Position numbers and translations under genes: made by a program
DNA from: Clostridia bacterium
GTDB taxonomy: Bacteria > Bacillota > Clostridia > JAAYHZ01
Length of the DNA: 64,000 nt
Assembly (NCBI GenBank): GCA_050950825.1
Contig: JBMNIH010000002.1
Coordinates: 512,001-576,000 of the forward strand
Reading direction: 5' to 3'
In this document: in pieces, positions 40,120 through 50,284 of the stretch
How the letters are laid out: each line of letters opens with the position of its first letter
Position numbering within the stretch: the stretch's first letter is position 1
Notes under the pieces: model-generated
What the model saw: the letters and a program-made list of their open reading frames with translations, nothing else
Database searches by the model: none
Told to the model about the DNA's origin: nothing

Positions 40120-41459
40120 TTAATACTTTCTTAAATAAGCGTTAATCTCCCATTGGGTGATCTTACAGGTGTAGTCCTTCCATTCCAGCTCTTTTGCCAT
40201 GATGTATTTTTCAAACAGCTGATCTCCCAATAATTCTTGTACCAGGCTGCTTCCTTTCATGGCGTCAATGGCTTCCTTTAACGAGGACGGAAGCTTTTCC
40301 ACTCCCAGCTCGCAAATCTGCTTTTCTCCCAGCTCGAAAATATTGCAATTGATGGGCTGCATGGGTTCGATTTGTTTTTCAATTCCGTCCAAGCCTGCAG
40401 CCAAAATGGCGGCGATGGCAAGATACGGATTGCATGCAGGGTCCGGATTTCGAACCTCCAACCGCGTCTCGTTCCGCAGCGCAGTGGGTATGCGAATCAA
40501 AGGACTGCGGTTGTGAGCGGACCAAGCGATATAGACCGGAGCTTCGTAGCCCGACACCAATCGTTTATAGGAATTTACAAGAGGGTTCGTTAAGGCGGTG
40601 ATTTCTTTCATATGCGTTAACAATCCCCCGATGAAATAATAGGCTTCTTTGCTTAAATGCATATGGTCGTCGGCACAATAAAAGGCGTTTTCCCCCGTTT
40701 CGGAACAAGGACACGTTGGTGTGCATTCCGGATCCGGGAACACCGTACAAAGGCTTCGGCATAAAGGTGGCATACAAACCGTGTCTTTTGGCAATGGTTT
40801 TGACCAATGCTTTGAATATGATAATGTCGTCCGCCGCTTTGAGGGCATTGGAATATCGAAAATCGATTTCATGCTGTCCCGGCGCCACTTCATGGTGAGA
40901 CGCTTCAATATCAAAGCCCATTTCTTGGAGCTTGATTACCATCTCTCTTCTTGCGGTTTCGCCTAAGTCCACGGGACCCAAATCGAAATAACCGGCATCG
41001 TCCTGGGTCTTGGTTGTAGGGTTGCCGTCGGCATCCGTTTGGAAAAGGAAAAATTCGCATTCCGGACCGATGTTGCATGCGTCGTAGCCCATATGCTCCG
41101 CTTTTTCAATGACCTTTTTCAGTACGTATCGCGGATCTCCTTCAAAAGGAGTGTGATCCGGGTTTAACACGTTGCAAATCAATCGGGCTTCACTGCCTCC
41201 TTGGTAATTCCAAGGCAAAACCATAAAGGTACTTAAATCGGGTTGAAGGTACATGTCCGATTCCTCGATTCGTGCAAAACCCTCGATGGAAGAGCCGTCA
41301 AACATGCATTTGCCGTTTAAACGCTTTTTCCAACTGATTCGAAGTGATGGCCACGTTTTTCGGAATCCCGAACATATCGGTAAACTGCAGCCTTATAAAC
41401 CGCACATCTTTTTCACGAATAATTTTTATAATGTCATCTCTATCTATAGGTGTGGTCAT
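40120..41459 (-). pseudogene. glnA: Type I glutamine synthetase split by two +1 frameshifts (near 41319 and 40694), possibly sequencing errors
   Basis: [56 protein letters not shown] spread over three frames. Confidence 0.9.
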
Positions 41460-41649
41460 TCATTGACTTCCTTTCCTTAATTCATAGATTTATATTTATA
41501 GATTCAAAAGATTTTTTTATGATAAATAAAACAGGGGGGCGATCACTTCGCCCCTATTGCATGCTACATACCTTATGAAAGGTTTTTAGAAAAAGACGCT
41601 TTTCAAATCATATCAATTGAAAACACATTCGAATCGCCTTTTTCAAGGA

Positions 41650-41811
41650 TTACTCTTCTTCTTCGAAGTAACTCTTGTCTGCACCGCATTCGGGGCATAC
41701 CCAATCCTCAGGAAGATCTTCAAAGGCTGTGCCGGGTTCAACGTCCGACATAGGGTCGCCTGCTTCGGGGTCGTAAACATACCCGCATAAAGAACATACA
41801 TATCTTTTCAT
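41650..41811 (-). CDS. Rubredoxin (53 aa, not in ORF track)
   Basis: [20 protein letters not shown]...[20 protein letters not shown]; GGAGG SD. Confidence 0.96.
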   Translation of the reverse strand: MKRYVCSLCGYVYDPEAGDPMSDVEPGTAFEDLPEDWVCPECGADKSYFEEEE

Positions 41812-41931
41812 ATCTGCGTACCTCCAACGTTATTTAGGATTTATAAAAATCTTACCATACAATATACATGACTTTTCAATTAATGTAAACAAAATAACGG
41901 GATTTTATATCAATTAACAAAGCCTTGTTCT

Positions 41932-42687
41932 TTATTCTCTTTTCCTCATACAAAGCTCAATTAAGCAAACGGTTTCGTCCGTGTCCTTTTTAACGGACTG
42001 ATGAACGAGCACATCGTCGTCCGTCTTCGATACATTGGTTTCCAAACGCATTTCATCTCCGTAAAAAGCGGATTTCAAGTAATTGATTTTAATACCGGTA
42101 ATCGAATGCCGCTTGTAAACATCGTAGGGAATCTCTCTTATGCTCCATTCCAAGTATTTTTCGTTATTTACGTGGTTGTTGCTGTCCAAATCGCTTACCC
42201 GAACCTGAAGCGGCGATACCCTCGTGTTCTCATCTTTCGGCGATTCCAAAAGCTTTTCGGTTTTTAGGTAGCTTTTTCGGTCAATTTTTCCGCCGTAAGC
42301 GGTGATCACGTATTCCGGTACCTTGATGATTTTAAAGGTGCTTTTTTGAAGCATCATCCATACGCTTACGGCTTTGGCAATCAAACGGCCTTCGGCATCA
42401 TGCACATCGTAAAGCCTCTTGCTGTAAAGACCGTTGCAGGAATGCTGCATGGTGCTTACCGTAATTTGTTCTTTGTACAAAGGATATCGATGGATCGTAA
42501 TATCCCATTCCATCAATACCCATAATAGGTCGTGTGCGTCCAGAAAGTCCAATCCTCTGCCGACCGCCTCTCCGTGGCATATGGCTGCATCTTGAAAAAA
42601 GTTCAGCCATTGGGCGGTTCTTAGCCTTTTATCAAAATCCGTTTCATAGTACCGTACGGTATATTCCTTTTTGAAAACGTTATCCAT
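41932..42687 (-). CDS. Acyl-ACP thioesterase
   Basis: VRYYETD, FQDAA, VSDLDSNNHVNNEKY. Confidence 0.92.
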   Translation of the reverse strand: MDNVFKKEYTVRYYETDFDKRLRTAQWLNFFQDAAICHGEAVGRGLDFLDAHDLLWVLMEWDITIHRYPLYKEQITVSTMQHSCNGLYSKRLYDVHDAEGRLIAKAVSVWMMLQKSTFKIIKVPEYVITAYGGKIDRKSYLKTEKLLESPKDENTRVSPLQVRVSDLDSNNHVNNEKYLEWSIREIPYDVYKRHSITGIKINYLKSAFYGDEMRLETNVSKTDDDVLVHQSVKKDTDETVCLIELCMRKRE

Positions 42688-44209
42688 TCTCTTTTCCTTT
42701 CGGAGCCTCTTCCTTTGTCTTTCCGAAACCTGCGTAAACAATCATGGCCGCTACAATCCAGAAGTAGGTAACCATCGCCGGAACTTCAAACACATTTTCA
42801 AAAAAGTTATGGACAACAATACCGATTAGTCCGGACAACATACCGACAATCATCGTCTTTTTTCTTTGGCTTTTACAAGCCGTTAAAGCTCCGAAGCTCC
42901 AACGAAGCACGGAAATCATCAATGCGGCAAATGCCAAAAATGCGAATATGCCGCCTTCCACCGCCGTTTTCAGGTAATAGTTGTCCATGTAGAAGGTATC
43001 GGGGAATAAATCCTTGTGGTTCATGGCTACGGCTCCGCCGAAGCGACCGATCCCGGTACCTAACCATAAATTCTGCTTTAACATGTTCATTCCGGTTTGC
43101 CACCGTACCAACCGTCCCCCGGTCATACTGCTTAAAATGTATTCCTCGCTCAGCATGTACACAATGCGGTCGTAAACTTGGGGAACCATGATGAATACCA
43201 GCAAGCCGGCGGCGATCGCCGGTAGGATGTATCTTCGATCGTAAATCAAGAAAAAGGCCAATATGGCAACACCGAATCCGATCCAAGCACCGCGGGATTG
43301 GGTAAAAATCAGACACAGCCCCATAAAGCCGGTCATGCCTAAGTAGACAAGCTTTTTGAAAGTTTTCTTTTCTTCGAAAAACAATGCCAACGACATGGGA
43401 ATTAAAAGAGTCATCACGCTTCCCAATATGTTCGGGCTTCCGATGATGGAAAAAGAACGCGTTCTTACTCCCTTTTCCGCCATATCCACCCAATGCTCAG
43501 GCATCGGCACGTTCATGACGAATTGGTATATTCCGTGCAGCGCAAAGGCGGATCCCATGATCAAAAACCAATCGTATACACGGTTAAGATCACGGTCTTT
43601 ACCGATAAGAAATAGGGCGACGAAATACCAAAGCATGTATTGGGTCACCGCTCGCAATCCTTCGATACCGATGGCGGTATCCGGGCTGTTCATTAGCATG
43701 AGAGCGGTATAGAACATGATGAACAGCAAGACGGGGATTCCCAAAGGCGTCGTTCGGTTGTATGCTCCTTCCGATTGGAATATTAAGCGAAAAAAGCCGA
43801 AGCAAAATCCCGTGATTAAGATGACTTCGTCCCAATAGGAGCTTAATATGTCGATTTGGACGTAGTTACGCAGAACATAATCGATGACAAAATACAAAAC
43901 AGGAAAGCCTAAAAACTTCACCGTATCCAACCAGGATGCAAAAGCCGAAGTTTTCAAAAAGCTTTGGTTTCGTATACGAAAGGATTCTAAGGCTTGGTTC
44001 CGGCTTCGTATTCTTCCGTTGATTCCGGAGCGAATGAAACCCTTTTCCAAATCTTCTTTACCCGGCAATTTTTTAAGGGTGCTTAAAATGATGCTGTGTT
44101 CTGCAAAGACTCTCGATTTTTGAAAAAAGGAAACCACGGCACTGTGTTTTGCATGAGAACCGAGCTTACCAAAAAAGCTTAAAAAAACGCTCCCCTTTGC
44201 CAAAGACAT
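42680..44209 (-). CDS. O-antigen ligase/polymerase family membrane protein
   Basis: SPNILG, TQSRGAW, GTGIG, DNYYL..AVEGG. Confidence 0.85.
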   Translation of the reverse strand: MSLAKGSVFLSFFGKLGSHAKHSAVVSFFQKSRVFAEHSIILSTLKKLPGKEDLEKGFIRSGINGRIRSRNQALESFRIRNQSFLKTSAFASWLDTVKFLGFPVLYFVIDYVLRNYVQIDILSSYWDEVILITGFCFGFFRLIFQSEGAYNRTTPLGIPVLLFIMFYTALMLMNSPDTAIGIEGLRAVTQYMLWYFVALFLIGKDRDLNRVYDWFLIMGSAFALHGIYQFVMNVPMPEHWVDMAEKGVRTRSFSIIGSPNILGSVMTLLIPMSLALFFEEKKTFKKLVYLGMTGFMGLCLIFTQSRGAWIGFGVAILAFFLIYDRRYILPAIAAGLLVFIMVPQVYDRIVYMLSEEYILSSMTGGRLVRWQTGMNMLKQNLWLGTGIGRFGGAVAMNHKDLFPDTFYMDNYYLKTAVEGGIFAFLAFAALMISVLRWSFGALTACKSQRKKTMIVGMLSGLIGIVVHNFFENVFEVPAMVTYFWIVAAMIVYAGFGKTKEEAPKGKENG

Positions 44210-44219
44210 AACCTACCTC

Positions 44220-44702
44220 CTACAGTTCCTCGATGTCGTACACGATACCCGGAACCTCTACGCGATTGGTTTTCATGGCAAAGCTCTTTCCGATATTCAC
44301 TTGGTATTTACCGAGCATAATCAAGTTGTCGTTTCCTTGGTACAAAACCTTCACCTTAACCAAGATGTCGGAATACCCCGGTTTCTCTACCTCCATGAGA
44401 GTACCGTCCGGCAATACAACCGTGTCTTTTGCGGGGAATTCTTCCACCGACACCACGTAACCGTCCACGTACACGTTGCCGTACACGATACGGTCATTGG
44501 GTTTTAAGTTTTCCGCTACGTTTCCTTGCACGTCTTCGCAATAAACCGTAACCATATACCATTTCGATTCCTTCGGCTTGTCGTCCGTACTGCCCATTTT
44601 AATGACAATTCCCGCTACCAAAGCCACGACAACCAAAACAATGGCCAAATCAATAACATTGATCAAACCGAACAGTTTTCCTTTATCGTCGATCAGTTTC
44701 AT
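44220..44702 (-). CDS. DUF4330 family protein
   Basis: MKLIDDKGKLFGLINVID followed by a TM helix. Confidence 0.82.
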   Translation of the reverse strand: MKLIDDKGKLFGLINVIDLAIVLVVVALVAGIVIKMGSTDDKPKESKWYMVTVYCEDVQGNVAENLKPNDRIVYGNVYVDGYVVSVEEFPAKDTVVLPDGTLMEVEKPGYSDILVKVKVLYQGNDNLIMLGKYQVNIGKSFAMKTNRVEVPGIVYDIEEL

Positions 44703-45966
44703 GGTTTACCTCCGTACATTCGTTAAATAATGCAGCCAATTGGCAGGTTAAGTTTCTTCTTTCAAAACGATTAATCACTTCATAATCGGGTTTGTACTCC
44801 AATTTATTGTTTTTCCACAATTGCCATACATTCGTCAGCATTCTCAATATTTGATTCTTATCCTCGGAATCGGCAACGTACCCGGTTCTCGATTCTTTGA
44901 TAAGGTCGGCCGCCACACCGCTTCCGGGAATCACCGCAATAATGGGTCTTCCGGCATTCATGTACTCGAACAATTTACCGGTGTAAAAGGCCTCTCCCCC
45001 GGGACCGGCCCCTTCGATCAATAATAACAAGTCCGATTGAAGAAGCATTTTTATGCATTCCTTGTGGGGCATATAATCATATACCCGGATAACGTTTTGG
45101 AGTCCGTATCTTTCGTTTAAGCGGTCAAAATATCCGGGTAAAAACTTGCCGATGAATTTAACGGTTATTTGGCCTTCGGATATAACATGCTCGTCGATCA
45201 ATTCTCGAAGGCATTCCAAAAACAAATCCGGCTTTCTTCTGCCGTACAGCATCCCGGTGTAGGTAATCGTCAGCTTTTCGTTCTTTTCAGGTTTTTCAAG
45301 GGTTTGATAATCCGCAAAATCTTCCTTGTCAAAACCGTTAGGAATGCAAGAGAATTTATGCTCGTACTCCTTGTATGTTCGAATAAAATTCCGCATCATA
45401 ACGGGAGTATTGGCAATGACTCTGTCGGCATAGGCTATAACGTCCCGTTCCATTCTTCTTTCGATTCCCATACGGATGGAGTTATACGGATTGTCCAACA
45501 AGTAGGGATTGTTCATCCACTCGTCTCTAAAATCCGCTACCCACGGAAGATTCGGAAATCTCTTTTTTATCCGGAGAGCCATTAAGTGGTCGCTATACGG
45601 AAAAGACGTGGAATACAGCACATCCGGCTTATTGCTTTCAATATATTGAACGGCCTTTTTTAAGCTTGCTTTGTACCAAACCACGGCACTGTCCGGCATC
45701 AGAATTTTTCGAGCCAAAATTTTACTCGGATACTTCAGAATCCCTTTTGCACTTTCAAAATCGTAAGCTTTGGTACGGATAACTTCCATCCCGGTCGGTA
45801 TTTCGGAAAGCAACGTCTCATCGGCTAGAAAGCCGCCGTTGTTCCTTGTTAAAACAACAGGCTCCCAAAAAAAGTCTCGGAGATATTTTGTAAATTTTAA
45901 CGTTCTTTGAACACCCGGTCCACCCACGGGGGGATATTGGTAGGCGATCATAAATACTTTTTTCAT
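44683..45966 (-). CDS. GT-B glycosyltransferase (GT4-like)
   Basis: YQYPPVGGPGVQR, WVADFRDEW, IPNGFD, GKLFEY. Confidence 0.88.
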   Translation of the reverse strand: MKKVFMIAYQYPPVGGPGVQRTLKFTKYLRDFFWEPVVLTRNNGGFLADETLLSEIPTGMEVIRTKAYDFESAKGILKYPSKILARKILMPDSAVVWYKASLKKAVQYIESNKPDVLYSTSFPYSDHLMALRIKKRFPNLPWVADFRDEWMNNPYLLDNPYNSIRMGIERRMERDVIAYADRVIANTPVMMRNFIRTYKEYEHKFSCIPNGFDKEDFADYQTLEKPEKNEKLTITYTGMLYGRRKPDLFLECLRELIDEHVISEGQITVKFIGKFLPGYFDRLNERYGLQNVIRVYDYMPHKECIKMLLQSDLLLLIEGAGPGGEAFYTGKLFEYMNAGRPIIAVIPGSGVAADLIKESRTGYVADSEDKNQILRMLTNVWQLWKNNKLEYKPDYEVINRFERRNLTCQLAALFNECTEVNHETDRR

Positions 45967-46008
45967 CTATTTTTTACCTATGCCAAGCTCCGGAAACGGA
46001 TTCGGCAT
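45967..46008 (-). CDS. Putative 13-aa leader peptide MPNPFPELGIGKK in frame with the glycosyltransferase
   Basis: AAGGAGG SD at 46013-46019, ATG, then TAG directly abutting the GT ATG. Confidence 0.4.
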   Translation of the reverse strand: MPNPFPELGIGKK

Positions 46009-46152
46009 AGGTCCTCCTTACATTCATAATGGACGTATGATTTTTACTCTCGTTGTCTGTCTCTCGATACGACAACAGCCGTCGGATAAAAGTCGGTTCA
46101 TGACTGAATTATTATATCACAGCTTCCCAAAATTCAGCAATTGAACTTTCAC

Positions 46153-46179
46153 ACATATTCAAGCGCTTACGCATATTAT
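46153..46179 (+). promoter_or_regulatory. Possible mother-cell sporulation promoter (SigK/SigE-type)
   Basis: ACA-N16-CATATTAT upstream of the cotJ operon. Confidence 0.4.
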
Positions 46180-46273
46180 GTTAATAAAAGAAAAGGTTTA
46201 CGGAAGGTACCGGTGTACATAAAAGCATATAACTTATGCTTCTTATTTTATGTGAAATGGAGGTAATGATTGA

Positions 46274-46903
46274 ATGGATCATTCAGAAAACATTGCAGCG
46301 GGAATGCAACGTAACAACGTGAGTCCCTATGTGAATGTGGGAAGCATGCCCGAAGCTTCCAACGTAAGACCTGCTGCAACCAATACGAGTCCTGCCGCCA
46401 ATACGCGTCCTATGACCGGTGTAAGTCCTGCAGCCGAAAACGTAAAACCCGCCACGGACAACGTAAGACCGGCTTCCGAAAACGTACGTCCTGCTTCCGA
46501 AAATGCGCGTCCTATGACCGGCAACATCAGCCCGGCATCGACTGAAAATGCACGTCCGATGTCTGCTTTTATCAATCCTGCCATGTTTGATAACCGCAGA
46601 GCGGAAAGCAACGTAAGTCCTGCAGCTGAAGAAAAGAAGCAAGCCGCAAGCAATGTCAGCCCCGCAGAGACGAAAGTAAGTCCTGCAGCCGATAGAGAGT
46701 GTCCGGATATTCCGTTTATGCCTAAAAATCCTCGGTACGGCTTTGCATACGTGCCTTATCAAAAGCTTGACAAAACCTTTGCCCCTGAAGAAGCCATGAG
46801 CCACGGTACGGCATTTCCGGAACTGCATCATCCTTACCCGGCAGGTACCAAACCTTATATGTGCGGCCCGACCGGATACTACGGAGGTGAGCGTCGTGGA
46901 TAA
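46274..46903 (+). CDS. cotJA: CotJA-like spore coat protein with long N-terminal repeat tract
   Basis: C-terminal YGFAYVPYQ...EEAMSHGTAFPELHHPY; directly upstream of cotJB-cotJC. Confidence 0.82.
   Translation: MDHSENIAAGMQRNNVSPYVNVGSMPEASNVRPAATNTSPAANTRPMTGVSPAAENVKPATDNVRPASENVRPASENARPMTGNISPASTENARPMSAFINPAMFDNRRAESNVSPAAEEKKQAASNVSPAETKVSPAADRECPDIPFMPKNPRYGFAYVPYQKLDKTFAPEEAMSHGTAFPELHHPYPAGTKPYMCGPTGYYGGERRG
46316..46690 (+). repeat. About 15 degenerate 6-7 aa repeats (NVSPAA/NVRPAS/NARPMT) within cotJA
   Basis: Recurrent AACGTAAG(T/A)CC(T/G)GC-type 18-21-nt units. Confidence 0.8.
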
Positions 46904-47153
46904 GAAACAAGAAACCATGTTGAGAGATTTACAAGCTATGGACATATTTTTAATTGACTTAGGTCTTTACCTGGACACCCATCCTTGCGACAAAGAAGCT
47001 TTGGCCTTGTACAAAAAGTACAACGAGCAAAACAACAAAATGAGGAGCCAATATCAAGAGCTGTACGGTCCTTTGACCATCCGCCATGCGGACGGCGTAG
47101 ATTATTGGCAATGGGTAGCCGATCCATGGCCTTGGGAAAGGTTAGGAGGTTGA
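46887..47153 (+). CDS. cotJB: Spore coat protein CotJB
   Basis: LGLYLDTHPCD, YGPL, WQWVADPWPWE. Confidence 0.93.
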   Translation: MSVVDKKQETMLRDLQAMDIFLIDLGLYLDTHPCDKEALALYKKYNEQNNKMRSQYQELYGPLTIRHADGVDYWQWVADPWPWERLGG

Positions 47154-47157
47154 ACAT

Positions 47158-47706
47158 ATGTGGATTTATGAAAGAAAACTTCAATATCCGATAAAAATTA
47201 AAAACCCCGACCCTCGAATGGCGAAGGTAATCATAACCCAATTCGGCGGTCCGGACGGAGAACTGGCGGCATCCTTAAGGTACCTATGCCAAAGATACTG
47301 CATGCCCAGAAAAGAAGTTTCGGGAATATTAAACGATATCGGGACGGAGGAACTGGCTCATTTGGAAATGGTTGGTACAATGGTAAAACAATTGGTTGCC
47401 GGTGTGCCCCCGGAAGAACTGGCGAAGCATGGACTCGGCGGGTACTACGCGGACCATGGCTACAGCCTGTTCCCGGTAGACGGCAACGGCGTTCCCTTTA
47501 CCGCCGCCTATTTCGCATCGAAGGGTGATCCCGTAGCGGATTTGGTGGAAGATATGGCAGCGGAACAAAAGGCTCGTGCAGTTTATGAAAACTTAATCGA
47601 TTTGGCCGATGACCCGGATGTCATCGATCCCCTCAGATGGCTAAGAGAAAGAGAAGTCGTCCATTTCCAACGCTTCGGCGAAGCGTTGCGCATGATAACG
47701 GAGTAA
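47158..47706 (+). CDS. cotJC: Manganese catalase family spore coat protein
   Basis: MWIYERKLQYP, QFGGPDGEL, DIGTEELAHLE, REVVHFQRFGEAL. Confidence 0.95.
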   Translation: MWIYERKLQYPIKIKNPDPRMAKVIITQFGGPDGELAASLRYLCQRYCMPRKEVSGILNDIGTEELAHLEMVGTMVKQLVAGVPPEELAKHGLGGYYADHGYSLFPVDGNGVPFTAAYFASKGDPVADLVEDMAAEQKARAVYENLIDLADDPDVIDPLRWLREREVVHFQRFGEALRMITE

Positions 47707-47725
47707 TCCCCTATGTTAATGAACT

Positions 47726-47752
47726 AAAGAGGAGATTCGGCTCTCCTCTTTT
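47726..47752. terminator. Bidirectional terminator (copy 1)
   Basis: AAAGAGGAGA-TTCGGC-TCTCCTCTTTT. Confidence 0.85.
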
Positions 47753-47789
47753 CTGTTTTCAGTTTACTGAAGATACCGTATCATCCGTA

Positions 47790-48595
47790 ATCCGACAACG
47801 ATTCTTGACCTTTACCCGTGACCTATTGTTTTTCGTATGGCTTCCGTTACCATCTCTTTATATCTATCGGAATCGACAATCTCGTCAATGCCTTGCTTTA
47901 TTCTTTCTACGGCGTATTTCTCGAAAGGGTTGATTATGAATTCACTGATTGTTTTCTTAAGTAATCATTTCTTGCTTGGCTTTGTAAACCGAGTTCGGAA
48001 TAACCTAAGAATAATAATTTTAAATCTACGTTGTTATCATCATCCGAATCGATGACTTGAAAAATTATCGGATATTTTGCTTGATATGTTCTTTCTCGAT
48101 AGACCCGGATCAATGTATCATATTTCCCGCCTAAAAAAGCTTTGTCCGAAAAATTAGCTGTCAAATTATAGAAAGCGTATATGGTGTTTTCCGAAAAACG
48201 ATAATGCCGAAGTTCCATTAACTGTGACCCGAAAGTCAAAATATCCGCCGCATCTTTATGCGTCATAAGCCACTGCATGAAAATCAAAGCTTTTTCCGGT
48301 TGGTGCTTGTGATAGGAACCATAACATGAATGAATGTGTTAAGGTTCCCGAGGTTGCGGTTGTAAAATTTTTCATCATTGATATCAAATACTACGCCATA
48401 ACCGGCGTTTCCGGAAAAAAAGCAATAATCGGAATTATATGTAGCATATTGCAATAACGTATACCAATCGGTCTCGATTTTATTGAAACCATATTCCGGT
48501 TCGTTACCGTGATACAAGTTATCCATAAATTCATATAAAGCATCGACATTATTGATCGTATGGATGTCGATACCAGTTTCATCAAGCAATTCATT
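47790..48595 (-). pseudogene. Lipoprotein paralog remnant A (no N-terminus; internal deletion; frameshifts)
   Basis: NELLDETGIDIHTINNVDALYEFMD, MQWLMTHKDAADILTFGSQLM and ANFSDKAFL match the 48596-50251 protein; 3' boundary approximate. Confidence 0.85.
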
Positions 48596-50251
48596 TTATT
48601 TCATCAATTGCTTTAAAGCTTCTTTTATGGTTTCTGCTACGATTACTTTATAATCTTCCAAATCGCCAATCTCGTCAAGACCTTGTTTGATTCTCATTGC
48701 ATCTAAATTGCTGTTTGGATTTAATAGGAGTTCTTCAATTGAATTTCTAAGATAGCGATTTCTTTTTGTAATTAGAGAATTATAAGGTTGGGTAATAGAA
48801 GAAATCAAAGTGGATAATTTTACATAACGTTCATTGTCCGAATCGATTAACCGGTATAATACCGGATATGCCGCTTGATATGTCTTCTCTTTATACTCAT
48901 GTATCACATCATATTTCCCGTATAAAAATGCTTTGTCCGAAAAGTTAGCTATCAAGTTACAAAATGCATATATGGTATTGTTTTTTTCAGGAATGATCCT
49001 TCCGTCCTCCGAAAATCGATAATGTTGACGATTCATTAGTTGTGATCCGAAGGTCAATATATCCGCCGCTTCCTTATCGGTCATCAGCCATTGCATAAAG
49101 ATCAGCGCTTTTTCCGGATGGGTACATGTAGTGGGAACCATGACATGTATGAAAGCATTAAATTGATTAATAACAGGTTTCATGTCATCGAATAGCACGA
49201 TGGAATATTTGTGGAACGGGTTATCCTGTTCATTATCCGTATATTGGGATAACGCTTTGGTTATATGGGGCGACCAAGAAATCAAAACCATATCTTGTAA
49301 TCCGGTTTGTATTATAATATTTTCATATAGCGTATTTGAATCTGTTGTAAAATATCCGTTTATAAAGAATTTGTTAAACTTGTTCAAGAAGTAATCAATA
49401 ATTTCCGTGTCTTCAAGAAAATAAGGGGTACATTTTTCGTCATTCATAGTAAATAGAGAACTGCCATAATCATAATAATCCGAATTACATATGGCATAAT
49501 GTAATAACGTGCCACCTGAAACCCATATCTTATTAAAACCGTCTTTTGGCTCATTGCCTTGATATAAGTTATCCATAAACTCGTATAAAGCATCAACGTT
49601 TTTAATGGTATTGATATCGACACCGGTCTCTTCAAGCAATTCATTTTTAACCATTAACGCCAAAGCCGTTATTGAAGGCATTCCCGTATAAATCGCATAG
49701 ACCTTGCCGTCAATGATGAAATTATCTTTGATTTGCGGATATTTTTCAAAATTTAAGATGGCTTCCGGGCAGAAGCGTTCCAAGTAAGGAGATAAGTCCA
49801 TATATAAATCGAGATATTGTTGACCCCAATGCAGGTTCGATTTATTATGTATATCTATAGATTGTTCGGGAAAGATTAAATCTCCCGATAACCCTGCCAT
49901 TATATGAAGAGTGTAAATGCTGTCTTTCGTAGACTCTAACGATTGCGTTGTAGGTATTTCTGTAAATTTAATTGGGAATCCCAGTTTTTCCTTACATAGA
50001 TTTGATAGATTAAGAAAATTGATCAACATAGCATCATTTGTATCAACTTTATTACCCCAAAACGCAGAACCCTTTTTTGTATATAAAATCTCCAGGGGTG
50101 TAATATCCGTTAAAAAGGAAACGTTTTCTTCCGGAGTTATGTTATCTTTTACGGTTATTGATATTTCCATATGATCATTCTGACTTTGACAGGATGTCAT
50201 AAAAATTATGAATATCAACATCAATATTTTTATTTTATATGATTTATACAT
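48596..50251 (-). CDS. Orphan lipoprotein, divergent extracellular solute-binding protein family 1-like (paralog B, intact)
   Basis: Lipobox MTSC; DLSPYL...IDGKVYAI, TxxHPEKALIFMQWL, HYRF.EDG motifs. Confidence 0.8.
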   Translation of the reverse strand: MYKSYKIKILMLIFIIFMTSCQSQNDHMEISITVKDNITPEENVSFLTDITPLEILYTKKGSAFWGNKVDTNDAMLINFLNLSNLCKEKLGFPIKFTEIPTTQSLESTKDSIYTLHIMAGLSGDLIFPEQSIDIHNKSNLHWGQQYLDLYMDLSPYLERFCPEAILNFEKYPQIKDNFIIDGKVYAIYTGMPSITALALMVKNELLEETGVDINTIKNVDALYEFMDNLYQGNEPKDGFNKIWVSGGTLLHYAICNSDYYDYGSSLFTMNDEKCTPYFLEDTEIIDYFLNKFNKFFINGYFTTDSNTLYENIIIQTGLQDMVLISWSPHITKALSQYTDNEQDNPFHKYSIVLFDDMKPVINQFNAFIHVMVPTTCTHPEKALIFMQWLMTDKEAADILTFGSQLMNRQHYRFSEDGRIIPEKNNTIYAFCNLIANFSDKAFLYGKYDVIHEYKEKTYQAAYPVLYRLIDSDNERYVKLSTLISSITQPYNSLITKRNRYLRNSIEELLLNPNSNLDAMRIKQGLDEIGDLEDYKVIVAETIKEALKQLMK

Positions 50252-50284
50252 GCTGAACCTCTTTTCGAAATTTTTCTTATTTGC

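Noticed and set aside
41480-41645. Possible ANTAR or glutamine-responsive RNA upstream of glnA
   Set aside because: Only a terminator-like hairpin (about 41533-41558) after the rubredoxin gene is evident; I could not identify a convincing dual-hairpin motif.
46316-46690. Short repeats as a possible CRISPR array
   Set aside because: They are degenerate in-frame coding repeats with no unique spacers and no cas genes.
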